Shown here: in pieces, positions 41,169-54,634 of the stretch
Numbering within the stretch: the stretch's first letter is position 1
Layout of the letters: the number at the start of each line of letters is the position of its first letter
NCBI GenBank assembly: GCA_024704765.1
Contig: JAKMXF010000315.1
Location: 62,001-126,000 of the forward strand
Origin: Oopsacas minuta
Taxonomy: Eukaryota; Animalia; Porifera
Direction: 5' to 3'
DNA: 64,000 nucleotides
Notes under the pieces: model-generated
What the model was told of the DNA's origin: nothing
Database searches by the model: none
What the model saw: only the letters and a program-made list of their open reading frames with translations
Translations under genes and position numbers: made by a program

Positions 41169-42079
41169 TAGACTATTTCTTTTACTTGAGAAGTACAAAC
41201 TCCAATATAAAGCTAATCTCAATAACCTTGATATTGGATTTTGTACTCTCATGAATTTTCGAAATGTTAACTAAAGGGAGACTTTGTTCCTAAGTTACAG
41301 CATTTAATTTTACATTTGCTTCATCATCTATTCCTCGGATATTTTATTACTAATTCCTATCTTACACTTAACACACACCTCGAGGTCGGCAAATTTGTTT
41401 TCATAATCATTGGATCATTTTTACAAATAATAATATTCATAATAATTCAAAGGATGGTCACTTTTATGAAATCTTTTTACAATTTAAGATCCAATAAAAC
41501 ATGTAGAACTATTCTCTTTACTCTTATCTAATTTAACTTATTGTCCATATTGTAACTAATCCTGTGCATTACATGAGCGGTGCACAGATGTAAAACAGTA
41601 GTACATTAGGTTTTCATTATTTGCGACAACTCCACAACAGTTTTCCTTTGCTTAAACATTCCTCTGATTTTTAATATGTTAAATTGCCATAACAAAATCC
41701 TCCTTTCTGTCAGTATCATTGAATTGCCTTTTAAATATTTTGCTCACAGAATGATTATCTAGCAATCTTCCCATATTTCTGCGCTCGCTACAAGATAAAT
41801 TGCTACTATAAGCACTCGTACCATCTGTATAAGGAGTTGAAAGAGATCCTTCAGAATAAACTCGAACACTACACGATTATTTAAACAATTCTTGGCCTCA
41901 ATATAAAATACATATGCTCTACAATTAAGGAATTTACACTCTGCTCTAGTCAGTAAAGTTACTTTGTGTGGGCCGCCCCGCTAATCAGTCTGAGGGCCCT
42001 CTTGAGCAAAGCTTCAGATGTATTGAAGAAATAATATTCTTTAGAATTTTCTTTATCAATACAATTAATAAAATTGACT

Positions 42080-42230
42080 CCTACAAATTGTGATACATGG
42101 TTAAATCAGAGGCGGATAATGGCCACACAATAAGAAACATATCGTCTCGTCCGAATTGAAGCGTAAATAGGTCACCAAAATGATGAAACTGATATTTAAT
42201 ACTCAACTAAAGTCTTACTTCAACGTGTAT
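42080..42230. repeat. partial copy of the 21767-22200 foldback arm
   Basis: gatacatggttaaatcagaggc...aagaaaca.atcgtctcgt is shared with 21780-21845. Confidence 0.7.
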
Positions 42231-42459
42231 ATTTATCAACATAGGACAACAAGCATATTTAGGTGCTGGGATAAAATTTGATATGTTCGTTCCGAAGAAA
42301 AATACGATAAGATTGACGCAAATATTAGTAGTAACAAATTCAGTAAGTATATACTTGTATGGCAAGAATGATTTTTAACATCGACTCAAAATGAAAGTGA
42401 ACCTTTCAAATATATTACCACAAAATATTTCACCAAAGGAATAGAGCCCACAGTTCCTT

Positions 42460-43400
42460 TTAAGGAATTGAATTTTAAGATACGAAGGAAAGTATCTATA
42501 AATTTTAAAGGGGTTCTGAAGAGAAATCTTCATGAATTGATCTCCGTGTTAGAATTCGTAATTCACAAAAATCCTGAGAATTTATCGATCTTTGCAGGCT
42601 GTTGCTGATGATTAGTTTTTCAGGAAAATATCAACATTGTTATAAACGTCTATATCTCAACTATCGATTAGCATAAAAATAATTGAAATTCAGTCAGATT
42701 TAGGTAAGAAACATGAGTTTGAACTGACCCTAGTGTATGTAGAATATGATTCATCCCCTACTACCCTTACTCCAGCCATAAAATTTGAATTCCTCTCGCT
42801 CCGGTAGTTATTAACATTTTCAATGAAATTTAGTTTTAATAAACGTCCATATCACACCAGTATGCATATATAATTTCAGAATTGAATTCTGACTTTTAGG
42901 TGGGTGAATTCAAGGGAGTCGTGACACTAAAATTTTAATCATAAACGTAACTAAAGGTAAGGTTATTAAAATCAAAAACATACTGCTTAAAACGTTCAAC
43001 TAGTCTCTTTCCAATGACACTAATTTAGTTTAAATCTACTAAGTATTAATGATATAATTAAGTGACTGAAGTGACCCTAGTCTAACTTCTTCGTTGACTT
43101 TGTAAATTAAAATAATTCAAAAGTAATGAATATTTGTAAAACAAACTTTAAAACATAATCACCAACGCTCAATAGCATGTAGAAGAAAACCCAGATCAAA
43201 AAAATAATGAGAAGCGAGTCAAATAACACATTGTAGTTGAAAAGTTTAGAAAAATTTAAACCTTAATGTTAATCATCAGATATTTTACAATTCTGATGAC
43301 ATTTTCGCAATCCACCAATGCTATACTTCCGAATAATAACAAGTTTCCTTCTAAAGCTATTACGAAAGTCGGTCAAATAAACGATTGAAGTGAATACGTT
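42460..43400. repeat. right arm of long inverted repeat
   Basis: Reverse complement of 37960-38920. Confidence 0.9.
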
Positions 43401-44162
43401 TTCTCAATTTGAATTAGCTGCTTCTTCTTTGTTGATTTGACTAACTTACCATCGTCAGGATAAAGTTATTGTTGGACCATTCGAAAAAAAGCTAAGGACG
43501 TTTTGAAAATGAATGTATATTATATGCAACTTCTGATTATTCTAATAGAAATTGGCGCATCTAACTAGCAGTAGTTCTCATATGAATTTAGTACACTTAA
43601 ACAGAATATTTTCCAGTAATCATGGGCATAGATTCCTGCTGTATGCATGTTTATGTATTCAAAATATTATGTAAAATCATTAAAACTCTTTGATATATTC
43701 AGGACTGAAAACTGGCTTGTTAAAATCAAGTCTCAAATAGATTTGTAATACACGAATATAATAATAATTCTAACTACTAGCCGTATTTCAGACATGAATT
43801 TAGCATACAATTCCCGTGCGCCATAAATACGGAAATTTTCAAACGCAAATAACTAAATAACGATAACAGCTGAAGTAATATTTCCAATTGATGAAGTGTA
43901 GACTAGGTTAGGATGGACACATTGGTCACAAAAAATATAAAATTACAACCAGTGCCGACAGCTTAGCCTATTGATTACATTTGTTCAAAGTTGCACTATT
44001 AATTGGAGGCACTATAAAGTGAAGTTTAACCAAATAAATAGACATTGTGCCTACAATTACTAGTTCCAATTCAAACAAATTTATTCAATAGAATAAGTTA
44101 TCGCCACAGGTTGTAATGATATACGTATTGCTATTACTATGCTTTGGCCATATTAAGTAGGC

Positions 44163-45165
44163 CAGGCTTGGACCGGGTCATGATATCCTGACCCGGTAGA
44201 CCAGGTTGAAATTTCTGACCCGGTGACCCGGTTTTCAAAACATTAATTTTCTATATTACATATCTATATACGTACATAAGAGAATATACAGTAAACATTG
44301 GATTTAACGACATCGGCTTTAACGACAAATCGCTTATAACGACTCATTCTGCTTGCCCAGAATCTCGCAGCATTATTCTGCACACACCATACCTCGGGTA
44401 TAACGCCCTGTCAGATAACGACACATTGAATTTAGCGACATATTTTCAATGCCTGCTCTATGCAAACCCCATCGGATATTACGACTTTTGGGCTGTCTGT
44501 GCCGTGGACTTCAGAAAAGTGTACTAATTAGTGAATTATTAAGGCATAATGATTGCTTTAATTATATAGCAATTAAAATCTCCCCTGTATTGAATCAACA
44601 ACAACTGGCTTCTTACGAAAATGCATATTTAAAGCTATTGTACCTCCAATGTAATGCTAAAATTTTATCTTCATGGATTCGAGCGGAGTTGACAAAAGGA
44701 AGCACTTTTCTTTTGCTAAAAAATACGAAATTTTGAAGGAGGTTGATGCAGATAATACAACATGACGAGAATACAAAAACATAATATACTACATCGTATA
44801 ACATGAATAAATTTGGGTGTCATCAGGTATATAATGCATATTTAAAGCTTCCTCGGATTTAGCGACAAATCGGATATAACGACGTTTTTTGCCTGTCCAA
44901 ACGAGTGTCGTTAAATCCAATGTTTACTGTATATATATAAGTATACAGTAGTAATGATACCAAACAAGTTTAGTAAAAATACTAATGATTCATGAAAATG
45001 AAACGTGTAACTAATATTGGCTGAATCTTTATGAATTACAAACCGTTACAATTTAATTATCCATAAAGATATAAACCGGGTCAAGTCAAAATCAGTGACC
45101 CGGTTCAGACCCGGAAATTTATTGAAAATAGTGACCCGGTTTATTCGTGACCCGGTCCAAGCCTG
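44163..45165. mobile_element. hAT-type MITE with tgacccgg subterminal repeats
   Basis: 18-bp TIR CAGGCTTGGACCGGGTCA and perfect 8-bp TSD aagtaggc. Confidence 0.92.
44289..44929 (+). mobile_element. pogo/Tigger-like deletion derivative nested in the hAT MITE
   Basis: 24-bp perfect TIR CAGTAAACATTGGATTTAACGACA, TA TSD, and residual N-terminus MDSSGVDKRKHFSFAKKYEILKEVD. Confidence 0.88.
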
Positions 45166-48100
45166 AAGTAGGCCATGACTATACTCACTGCCCATGCGCA
45201 ATGTACTTTTTAATATAGGCCCCTTGAAACAATGGACCAAATTTGGGTTACCAATTTTCAGTGATAGTGCCATAGGCCAGGCGTCGAAACATTTTAGAGT
45301 CAAGAGTCAAAAGCGTCCACAAAATCGAGTAAACCTTTAGAACCTCAGATACAGTGCAACGAAATATAAGTGAATACTGAAACAAAGTAGTTTTCCTGAA
45401 TTGATGGACATGTATTCCTGCTGTATGCACGTTTATGTTTATAAAATAGTATATTAAAATACTCAAAACCTTTTAAGATTTTTAAGTTTGAAAACGAGTC
45501 TTATATTTGAGTACAGTCACAATTAGATTTGTACTAAGCACACAAATTTAATGAAACTTCCTAATCCATTCTTACTATAATACGTATACAGATTAATAGA
45601 ATATCAACTGTTTGATCTCGGGTGACAAATTAGAAATCTCTATTAATTATAGAATATACAAAGAAATTTCAATTGACAATAATCAATTGATACAAGTTAG
45701 ATGTCTCTTGACACGTTTTCTGGTGAGTATGGCGCATATAGCACTTATGATCCTTCTTTAGTTCCATGAGAGATTCAGCTATCACATTTCCCAATTGAAT
45801 CCACTTTGAATTCATGCAAAGAGGTTGTGAGTTCACTTTCTGTTGTCCTGGAGTTATCGATCCTACTTAGGGCATAATTTGTAAGAAACTACATGGCATA
45901 ATAATCCGGCTCAAGGAAAATATATTTCTTTGAAATGGAAAAATAATTCATACATTCTGACCATGGTTAGTTAGTCAAATTATGGTTGAAGTACTGCTAG
46001 TCGAAAAATTAGCTTACTTCACACTTGTGGTAAAATCCGGATTACTTCACATTGGTAAGAATACTCATATTAAACTGTATTATCAGGGTATATGAAGCTG
46101 GTATATAGTATATAAACGGCTCTATTCTATTATATTGGCAATAAATTTCACGATTATGGAATATTATTGTATATTCAGGAAAAGATATAATCCCTGGTGT
46201 CACTGTAACTCAGAAATGGGCAAACCTATGCATTACAAAAATAAAATATTTCGAATCAAAGTATCTATTCACTTTAAAATGAATTTTGGGAGGAAATCTA
46301 GTCTTTGAAGTCGTGTTGAAAGAAGATGTTGTGGATATACATTATATGAGATGGCGGGGTACAAAATATACTTATCTCAATAGTTAATCAATTAAATTGA
46401 CACATCATATAAAGACAGAAGTTTAGCAAATTTCATTTATTGACATAAAAGAAAGATGTCATATTAAATACTCTGCATCAAAGAATGGATAATTGTACAA
46501 AATTTATGTTGGATAACTTCAGCATAATTGGTTGATTATTTATTATCTATCAATATCTATACTTCAATTCGATAAAATGCAAACTTGGTGTGAATTGAAA
46601 AGAATGTTCAACTTATTCAATCAACAATCACAAGCAAAGTCCAATATTTACACTAATGTATAGTATAGTGTGCCTTAGTGTATAACTTGGCATACATAAA
46701 AATATAAATTACATAAATTACGAGGAATTCTGTTTCAAATCAAGTATGGGTAGATATATATAATCCGAACACCCAAATATTATCAATATATGTGTAAGTG
46801 TATATATAGGTATGGGGGGGAACAACATAAAGTGTTACTGTTCATTCTCGGTTATGAAAAACTTGACAGTGCTGTTGCTATAAGTCCTCAAATTCGAATG
46901 ATCCATGCGACACTCTGCTGCCTGTCAAGAATTTCAATAGTTTCTATGGGAAATGAAAGCTTGCATGGAATGTTGGCACATAATTCTTGAAAAATAACTA
47001 AAATATTTATATCATTTAAACGCAATTGATAGGTGTGTGAATATAAATGTTTGTATGTTACGAATTGATTAAAGAAACCGGAAGACCCGCATGTTGATTT
47101 TTGGAATACAGGTGTAGTTCCGGTCTGGTTCGGACAAGTTCGAGGCTTGGACAAAAGTTAACACCAATGAAGAAATTCTGACACCATTGTCAACTCTTTG
47201 GATTTTCGAAAAATCACATTATTAGGCACAGCTCAGCCAATATATATGATAGATGGTTGAAATTTTAGTCACAGGTCCAAAAATATGCCAAATATCGTGA
47301 ATTCATCATTTGAGACAATTGCAAACCCATCATGAAATATTACATCATCATGACTTTTGAGAAATTCTAAAATTTCTAATACACCTGGCACAAAGTGCCG
47401 AAAATAATAACCACAAGACAAGTAAGACACCAAGTGTTACCAAGTAAGCCCATTAAATGTAATTTGGATGGAACAAGGAAAATAAAAAAATCCATTCCCT
47501 GTTTTATACCCAAGGCACGAGATGTCGAGTAAATTCCATCTCAAAGAGACGATAAGCGCTATTAAAGATAGCTGGAAAATACTTAAGCCAAATCTGAAGC
47601 ATCAAGCTGTCGTACAGCGTTATAGCTAGCGAAGTGAGCTAGTTCAGATTAAGCTTGAAAGGTTACACGGGAGGACATGTTGGGTTTTCGAAAATGTTAT
47701 TATGTGTCCGGATTGCAGATATATATTTCGTGGAAAGGTCATATAAAAATATCACTGTTCCGACTAACCATTTAGCCTAGGGATCTATATTTCTCCTTAA
47801 TCTATGAAAGTGAACATAATGCATCTCCCACATCCAGCCTATATATCTTCTTGGACATCATTGAAGTTTATAGAACAAGATATAATGAAATGCAAAAGAG
47901 AATCAATTTCAATTGACATTAACACAAGCGGAAACGAATATTACCTCCAAAGTTTCTGTGGAGACAAGAATATTTCTTCAAAAACCGGATGGACAATTTG
48001 TATAACCTTGTACGTGAACTCGAATATCCCACTGAAAATTATATTTCATGAATAATTCACGAGATATTGATTAAGATTTCATGTATCATATAATTCCGAT

Positions 48101-48843
48101 ATGAAAATTCAAATTCTTGGCAGACAGATAGTCGACCAAATGGTTTGAATCTTGAGCGAGTACTAGTAGCACCACCAGTAGGAAATTCAAAAAAAGAACA
48201 TGATCAGAAATGTTATATACGCCACCCTAATAGGCCTATTTGGATAATTAAATCCTTATCCTCAATTTCATATTTAATAACCATAATCTGAGGTATATAC
48301 CTCGTATGATCTACTGAATTGGCACGAGTTGTAGCGGTGGGTATGTATTGGCGCCATAAATTCGGATAAAAATTCGTGGAAGGGGAGGGACAACCCAGGA
48401 AAACAATGAATTCATTGTGAATTTCACAAAAATACAATTTCGGGGTATCCACTAGACACTACTGCCCAGGGCTGACTTTTAGCATACAGGGAAAATATTG
48501 GGTTGGCTCAGAAAAGTTTGAATCTTGAAAAGGTTTTTACCACCATAACGTAATTATTACCTCTTTTTAATACCAAACAAAGTATGTGACTATGCTCACA
48601 CAATATTGTTGGTAAATGATTGAAATTAGACACAGTTACCTCTTAGTATGATCCTTTTCCTGAAGTCCCACTGCAAACCTAATGTATATCATCATGAGAA
48701 TTAGATATAACCCAAAGTAACGTAGCAGCTAATTGTCACCCCAAGAGAGAGTTAAAAGCATGTTGGATGGACCATAGATCAGTGGTGTATCAAGCATTGT
48801 GACAGTACAGGAGCAATACTTTGAAATTACTGTGAGTTCTAGA

Positions 48844-49250
48844 CAGAGTTGCCAAGTCTCCGTAAATTTACGTAGACGAAGTAAATTTGACTGCTATCCA
48901 CGTATCTACGTATGAAAACATATTTCTACGCATTTCTAGCGAATTACATGTACGTGCAATATTTTCAGTAAAAATCATGTACGAGATATACGAGTTATTC
49001 TCTCAAAGTAAGTGCGACCATATAACATAGTACTTTGATAGCTTGTTGCATGCTGATAGTGATTATAGCTTATTGTTTACAAACGTGAAAGCGGCATATA
49101 TCTACATTGAATAATGATTTTCAATAAAAGATTGTTTGCAATGACATTTGTAGGAAATTAAGACCTGTTGGGGTGATTAAGGGATTTGAAAATGCTCCGT
49201 AAAATATTTGATTTCTACGTAAATTTTTCTGAATTCACTTGGCAGCCCTG
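48844..49250. mobile_element. hAT-type MITE
   Basis: TIR CAGAGTTGCCAAGT / ACTTGGCAGCCCTG, TSD gttctaga / tttctaaa (6/8), ctacgta subterminal repeats. Confidence 0.7.
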
Positions 49251-49771
49251 TTTCTAAATCTTTCGAATTAATAACGATATGTAGGTTTTGAAAACAAGTA
49301 TAATGCACAGTCTTTCGAATTATATTCAAACTCAAGAGACCACTAATTACTTCAATATAACAGGAGTTTAATACAAGTGACGAGATAAAATGGACGTTAC
49401 ACGCGTAACTATATTGGGGACGTTAGGTGAGGCAAAATTGGCTAAAATTTGGCAACTCCCATTTTTTCTGCGTTGTGGAATCCAATAAGAATGGGGATGA
49501 CACACTCCGCATCCCAGTGATACCACCCTTTCCCATGTAACATTTTGTTTCGTTTGAACGACACATGTTATACATTTCAATGATTTGTTTGTGTATCTCT
49601 GCGACTAGAAGTATTGGTAGTGGTATGTATTTTGAATTCGAATTTCAGGAGCAAGTATGAGAATTTTATCTTATACTAATACCGTTCATATATATATAAG
49701 CCATCCGAGGTATAGAGTGTCAATCATACTGCGATTGTGCAGCGCGCGCTAGTGTAAAAACAAGAACCTAC

Positions 49772-49996
49772 CTCTATATCCTCACAAAACTGACTGAGTA
49801 AATTCAGTCCGAATAGTGTTTCAGCAATCCACTGTTTCTCAACCACCTTCAGAGATTCAGAAATAAATGCTTGTACACTGGTGTAATGAGAAATGTCCAC
49901 AAGCCAACCGATAAGGATGTCAACCCAATCTTTAAAAAATTCAACAAATTGATTCGTGAACTCCCTCGCCAGAACCAATATACAAGAAACAATGGT
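49772..49996 (-). CDS. SMG1: SMG1 exon (most 5' exon recognised)
   Basis: Encodes TIVSCILVLAREFTNQFVEFFKDWVDILIGW...LLSQFCEDIE, resembling human SMG1 CILLVARCYP...FRDTVDILVGW...LLGQFLEDME (recalled). Acceptor ttttAG, donor GTAGGT, 225 bp, phase 0/0. Confidence 0.88.
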
Positions 49997-50998
49997 CTAA
50001 AATAAGATATATATAAGGTACAAAGTAAGCTGAAAGAGATAATATCTAAACACCTAGAGGGTCCTAGATAGTCTGAATAGATCTTCAGTCCTCGACAAAA
50101 TTTTTTGCAAAAAATAGAAGCAGAGAGGTGTAAAACTATCAAATTGTACACATGAAATATTTTGCCAATTTCTAATTAGTCAATAAGGCAATGAGGGAGG
50201 TGAATTATCCATAACTAAGTAGAAGGCGCAGCAAGCGCCAATTTGGGGAAAACACGTGCCCTACATACACTACACAGTGGCCAAATAAGTGAAAATAGGG
50301 TGAAATTTTGATTAACTCAGATTTGAGTAATTTTTTTACAACTAATTCCCACCCTCTAAAACCTGGGCAGCCCAATTTAGAGACTTGTCACCAGATAGTT
50401 GAGCAATTTTGCTCTAATGGAATGTATATTTATTGAGGCCAAAACTAGCATTTGACATTCGTAGTAACCACACAAGTGTAATTGTGATAAAATGCTAAAC
50501 TATTGACAGTAAACAAATTTTGCAATTTCAATGTTGAGTATATGGACTTAGATGTATGTCTTCATGTATCAGAGCATGGTCCTCAGTAGACTGAAGAAAT
50601 TTTGCAAATACTTGAGATTACTTTTCTGCGTATTCGGACGAAGTATATTATTCAGATAGTGCAGAAATATATCGTGGGCAAATGATTTTAAGTTTTAAAA
50701 GAAGGCTAAATCCACTAGCTCAAATTTAACATAATTTCCAGGGCTGCGAAATGACGCGAAGGTAAGTATTTTTCAAATGCTATCTAGACCTAGTGGCCTT
50801 TTTGAAATTTTACATTCCTCAAAATTTTCGTTTGATCATTTCTCATAAAATACATTAGAGAAATAATGAATAACAGAGAAGCATTCGACTTTCTCTGCTC
50901 TCAACTATCAGTCAGAGCGGCATATGTTGACTAGACATTTGTTTTTAGTCACTATTTTTAGTTTCTTTTGACTGATAGTAGACGATAGTGATGATCTA

Positions 50999-51907
50999 CT
51001 CTAAGTGGATAAAAGTATTTCAACACACACTGAACATTTCATAAATTGTACACTCTTTCCCGCTCCTATATATTGTGTAGTCTATATTCGTGGCTGCAAT
51101 CTAGTAATTTCTATAGAATAACATATGTTTTTCAAGAATTTCAAAGATATTTTCGATTTACACTTTTTGAAGGTATTTATTATTAATAATTATTAGATAA
51201 TTATTGATAATCAAAATATGTGGTAATTCAAAACCTATTAGGAATCTATAATTTCTGACTTGATATTTGAATTCTACGTAGGCGAGTTACCCCAGACTGA
51301 AATTTCCAATCTGATTGAACAATTTTTACCAAACTTATAGAAGAATTTCAATTTGTGCCATTTGTGCCACCTTTTGCCCAAGGTGGCACAAGTGGCCGCT
51401 ACCAAGAGATTATTTTGGAATTCAAGGGTTAGCATAGTCATATCATTCGAAAATATTACTATGACTTATTCCTCCTAACCCTAGTTGATTTCCTTGTAGT
51501 GGCGCTTTTTCCTGCCACCGGTGCCACTTTTTTCAAAAAGTGGCACAAGTGGGACAAATTGAAATTCTTCTATACCTTTGGTAAAAATTGCTCAATCAGA
51601 TTGGAAATTTCAATCTGGGGTAGCTCCCTTACGTAGAATTCAAATATCAAGTCAGAAATTATAGATCCTTAATAGGCTTTGAATTACCACATATTTTGAT
51701 TATCAATAATTATCTAATAATTGTTAATAATTAACACCTTCAAAAAGTGTAAATCGAAAATTTTTTTGAAATTCTTGAAAAACATGTTATTCTATAGAAA
51801 TTACTAGATAGCAACTACGAATATAAACTACACAATATATAGGAGCGGGAAAGAGTATACAATTTATGAAATGTTCAGTGTGTTGAAATACTTTTGTCCA
51901 CTTAGAG
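50999..51907. mobile_element. 909-bp palindromic foldback element
   Basis: Arms of about 390 bp at roughly 90% identity, with weaker symmetry continuing to the centre near 51450. TA|CTCTAAGTGG...CCACTTAGAG|TA once the Buster insertion is removed. Confidence 0.9.
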
Positions 51908-54420
51908 CAGCGGTTCTTAACCTTTTTTGGGCCATTTCCCACTTTGGAAGACTGAGTCAATCAATTTCCCACCAAATCATGAATGTTATTTAAATATTCA
52001 AAAGCACACAGCCATATAATCCCATTCGTTTTAGAAGTTTTGTAACTTATATATTTGAATTTAGATAATGTATTTTTTAATTAATCAACATGACATCTCA
52101 GTACATTTTTCGGAAGTACTAAATTTGTAATGGTAAATAAGTAATTCAATTCTTTAATGTGATTTTAGTATTTGTTTACTACGCACAAGATCGGTGATAT
52201 CGGGTTCAGTAGAGGAGATCGAACATCTCCGGTCATCTTCCACCTCTAATTTGTTTCGAGCCTTTGTTTTGATAGCAAGTAAGCTTGAAAATCCAGACTC
52301 ACATAGATAAGTTGATGAGAAAGGCACAATAGTTTTAAGAGCTTGTTTACTGACGATTGGATAAGCCAAATACATTTTGCCCCAGAACTCAGAGAGACTA
52401 AGAATTTGGAACTCATCCTTGCTAAATGAATCATGGACAAGTTCTAGAAACTCCTCTTGGATATCCTCTGGAATCGTCTCGACCACACACTTGAATGGAT
52501 TTCTTACCATAGCAATTAATGGATCCTCTGTGTTAATCCCAGGAAAATATTTAATAAACTCCCTTCCCAGGCAGTCAAGATGCTTCATTATGTCTTTTTG
52601 AAGTTGTGCAGAAAAAGGTTCATTACAGAGTACATCTGTCAATCGATGAAAAGAACATGTATTGCCTCCCATGATCTTTCTTCTCCAGAGTTTACTTTTG
52701 GAGATGAAGGCATTAATGTTGTCTGTATGACTGATAATGTTGGTATCTCGGCCCTGAAGTTTCCGATTAAGCTCATTTAGAGCTTCAAAGATATCTGCAA
52801 GGTATGCCAAGTGAGAGACAAACTCTGGTTTATTAAATTCAGTTAGGAGATCCATCTTGCATTTCATCTTAAGAAAGGTGTCCACCTCTTCCTTAAGTTC
52901 AAATACCCGAGCCAACATATTTCCTTTGGATAACCACCGTACCTGCGTATGGAACAAGAGAGACTGATGGGTAGCATCCATTCCTTCACAAATTTGGCGA
53001 AATAATCGGGTATTGGACACTCCGCTTTTGATATAGTTGACTATTCTAATGACGATCGCTAAATTAGCACATAGAGAACTAGGCATTGTTTTAGAGGCCA
53101 GTGCCAGGCGATGGATGAAACAGTGGGTTCCTAGCACATTCGGATTCTTGTGTTAACAAGCGAGATAAAACCAGATCGGCTACCCAACATGGCTGGTGCT
53201 CCATCTGAGCACACCCCGACTATATTTTTCCAGGTAAGATTCATATCCCCAAAGAATGTTGAGACTACGGCCATGACATCTTCTGCCTTTGTTGTCGTCT
53301 CCAAGGGCTTACAGAATAGGAACTCCTCCTCAATCGTCGGACCATTCATATAACGAGCAAAAACCATCAATTGAGAAAGATTAGCCACATCTGTAGACTC
53401 GTCCAGCTGGATAGCAAACATGGGAGATGCCTGATTTTTGTAATTATCTAATGTTTGATATTGTTAGACATATTAACAATCCTTGACTTGATTGTGTCGT
53501 TTGACATGGATATTTGCTCCAGCTTGCTAATGGCATCTTTGTTGAGGAATATTCGAGCACATTCAAGAATGCAGGGCTTTATGAGAGTCTCCCCGATTGT
53601 ATGAGGTTTCTTGTTTTTTGCCACCAATAGTGCAATGGCATACGACGCGTGAACAATTGACTATGCCTGTTGATGGAATGCTCCACTGGAATCTAATTTC
53701 ACCTTTTTTAATCCAGTCTCCTTAGCTCAAAGAAAGCTCGATCATTTTTTGGAATGCTCCGGGTGGACTGTGGTGAGATGTTGCTTCAGTTGGTACGGCT
53801 TCATACTTGAATTCGAAAGAGTTTTCATACATAATACGCATTGTTGAAGTGGATAACCATTATTCTCCTGGAATGTAAAGCCAAAATTGAGATAATATTC
53901 GTGATACTTTCTCTTCAGTGACATGGTAAACACTGACTTCTATAAATTACTGTAAGAAAGTTAGAAAATTGAGACTTAAGAAGTCGAGGAGGCCAAATAA
54001 TGTAAAATAATTCTAAATCAGAGTCATTTGAGTTGAATAATTGTTGAAAGTTGGTTACTATTTATATGTAATATCAGGTATGAAACAAGTTCAATCTCAC
54101 TAAATTAGAACTGGCACATTAATTGAATTTCTACGTAGTGTCAATCTCCAAATAAACATTTATTATAAGCAAAGATATCATTCAAAATTTAGTGCAAATG
54201 AAAAAGCATTTGATTGCACTTGGATTTGCATGGTTATATCTCACTTAAATGTATTCTTAGAATTCTTAAATTCGCAGAACTTGACATATTATTTAGAATT
54301 TTAGTGAATATGTCCCCACATTTAAAACTTTTACATAATATTTCTCAGAAGCACCATTCCCCACCCAATGATCTTCCATTCCACACTAGTGGGGAATTCC
54401 CCATCGGTTAAGTAGCACTG
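51908..54420 (-). mobile_element. hAT Buster/Charlie-group transposon (SCAND3/FAM200-like transposase), frameshifted
   Basis: TIR CAGCGGTTCTTAACC (12/15 match), perfect TSD actTAgag. Motifs FAIQLDESTD, HCFIHRLAL, HTQVRWLSKG and STYLCESGFS. Confidence 0.94.
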
Positions 54421-54634
54421 ACTTAGAGTATCTTTGATATATAAATCAAACAACATGGAATATTGCATTTTACACCAAGTGATTAGGTATTGTATTAGAT
54501 AGTTGGTTTGCAAAATATACATTGTTACATAACTTCGCTATACTGCAATAGATTAGGGTGGAATTTCACACTGGAAACTAGAAAAATTCCCATTATATAC
54601 ATTATTTGAAAAATAAGTTTGAAGGACATGAGTT

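Noticed and set aside
46790-47154. Minus-strand ORF as an additional SMG1 exon
   Set aside because: The flanking exons already join collinearly, and there is no similarity to SMG1.
50044-50185. Possible extra SMG1 exon (FLQKILSRTEDLFRL)
   Set aside because: The frame ends in TAG with no usable GT donor in the required phase. Left unresolved.
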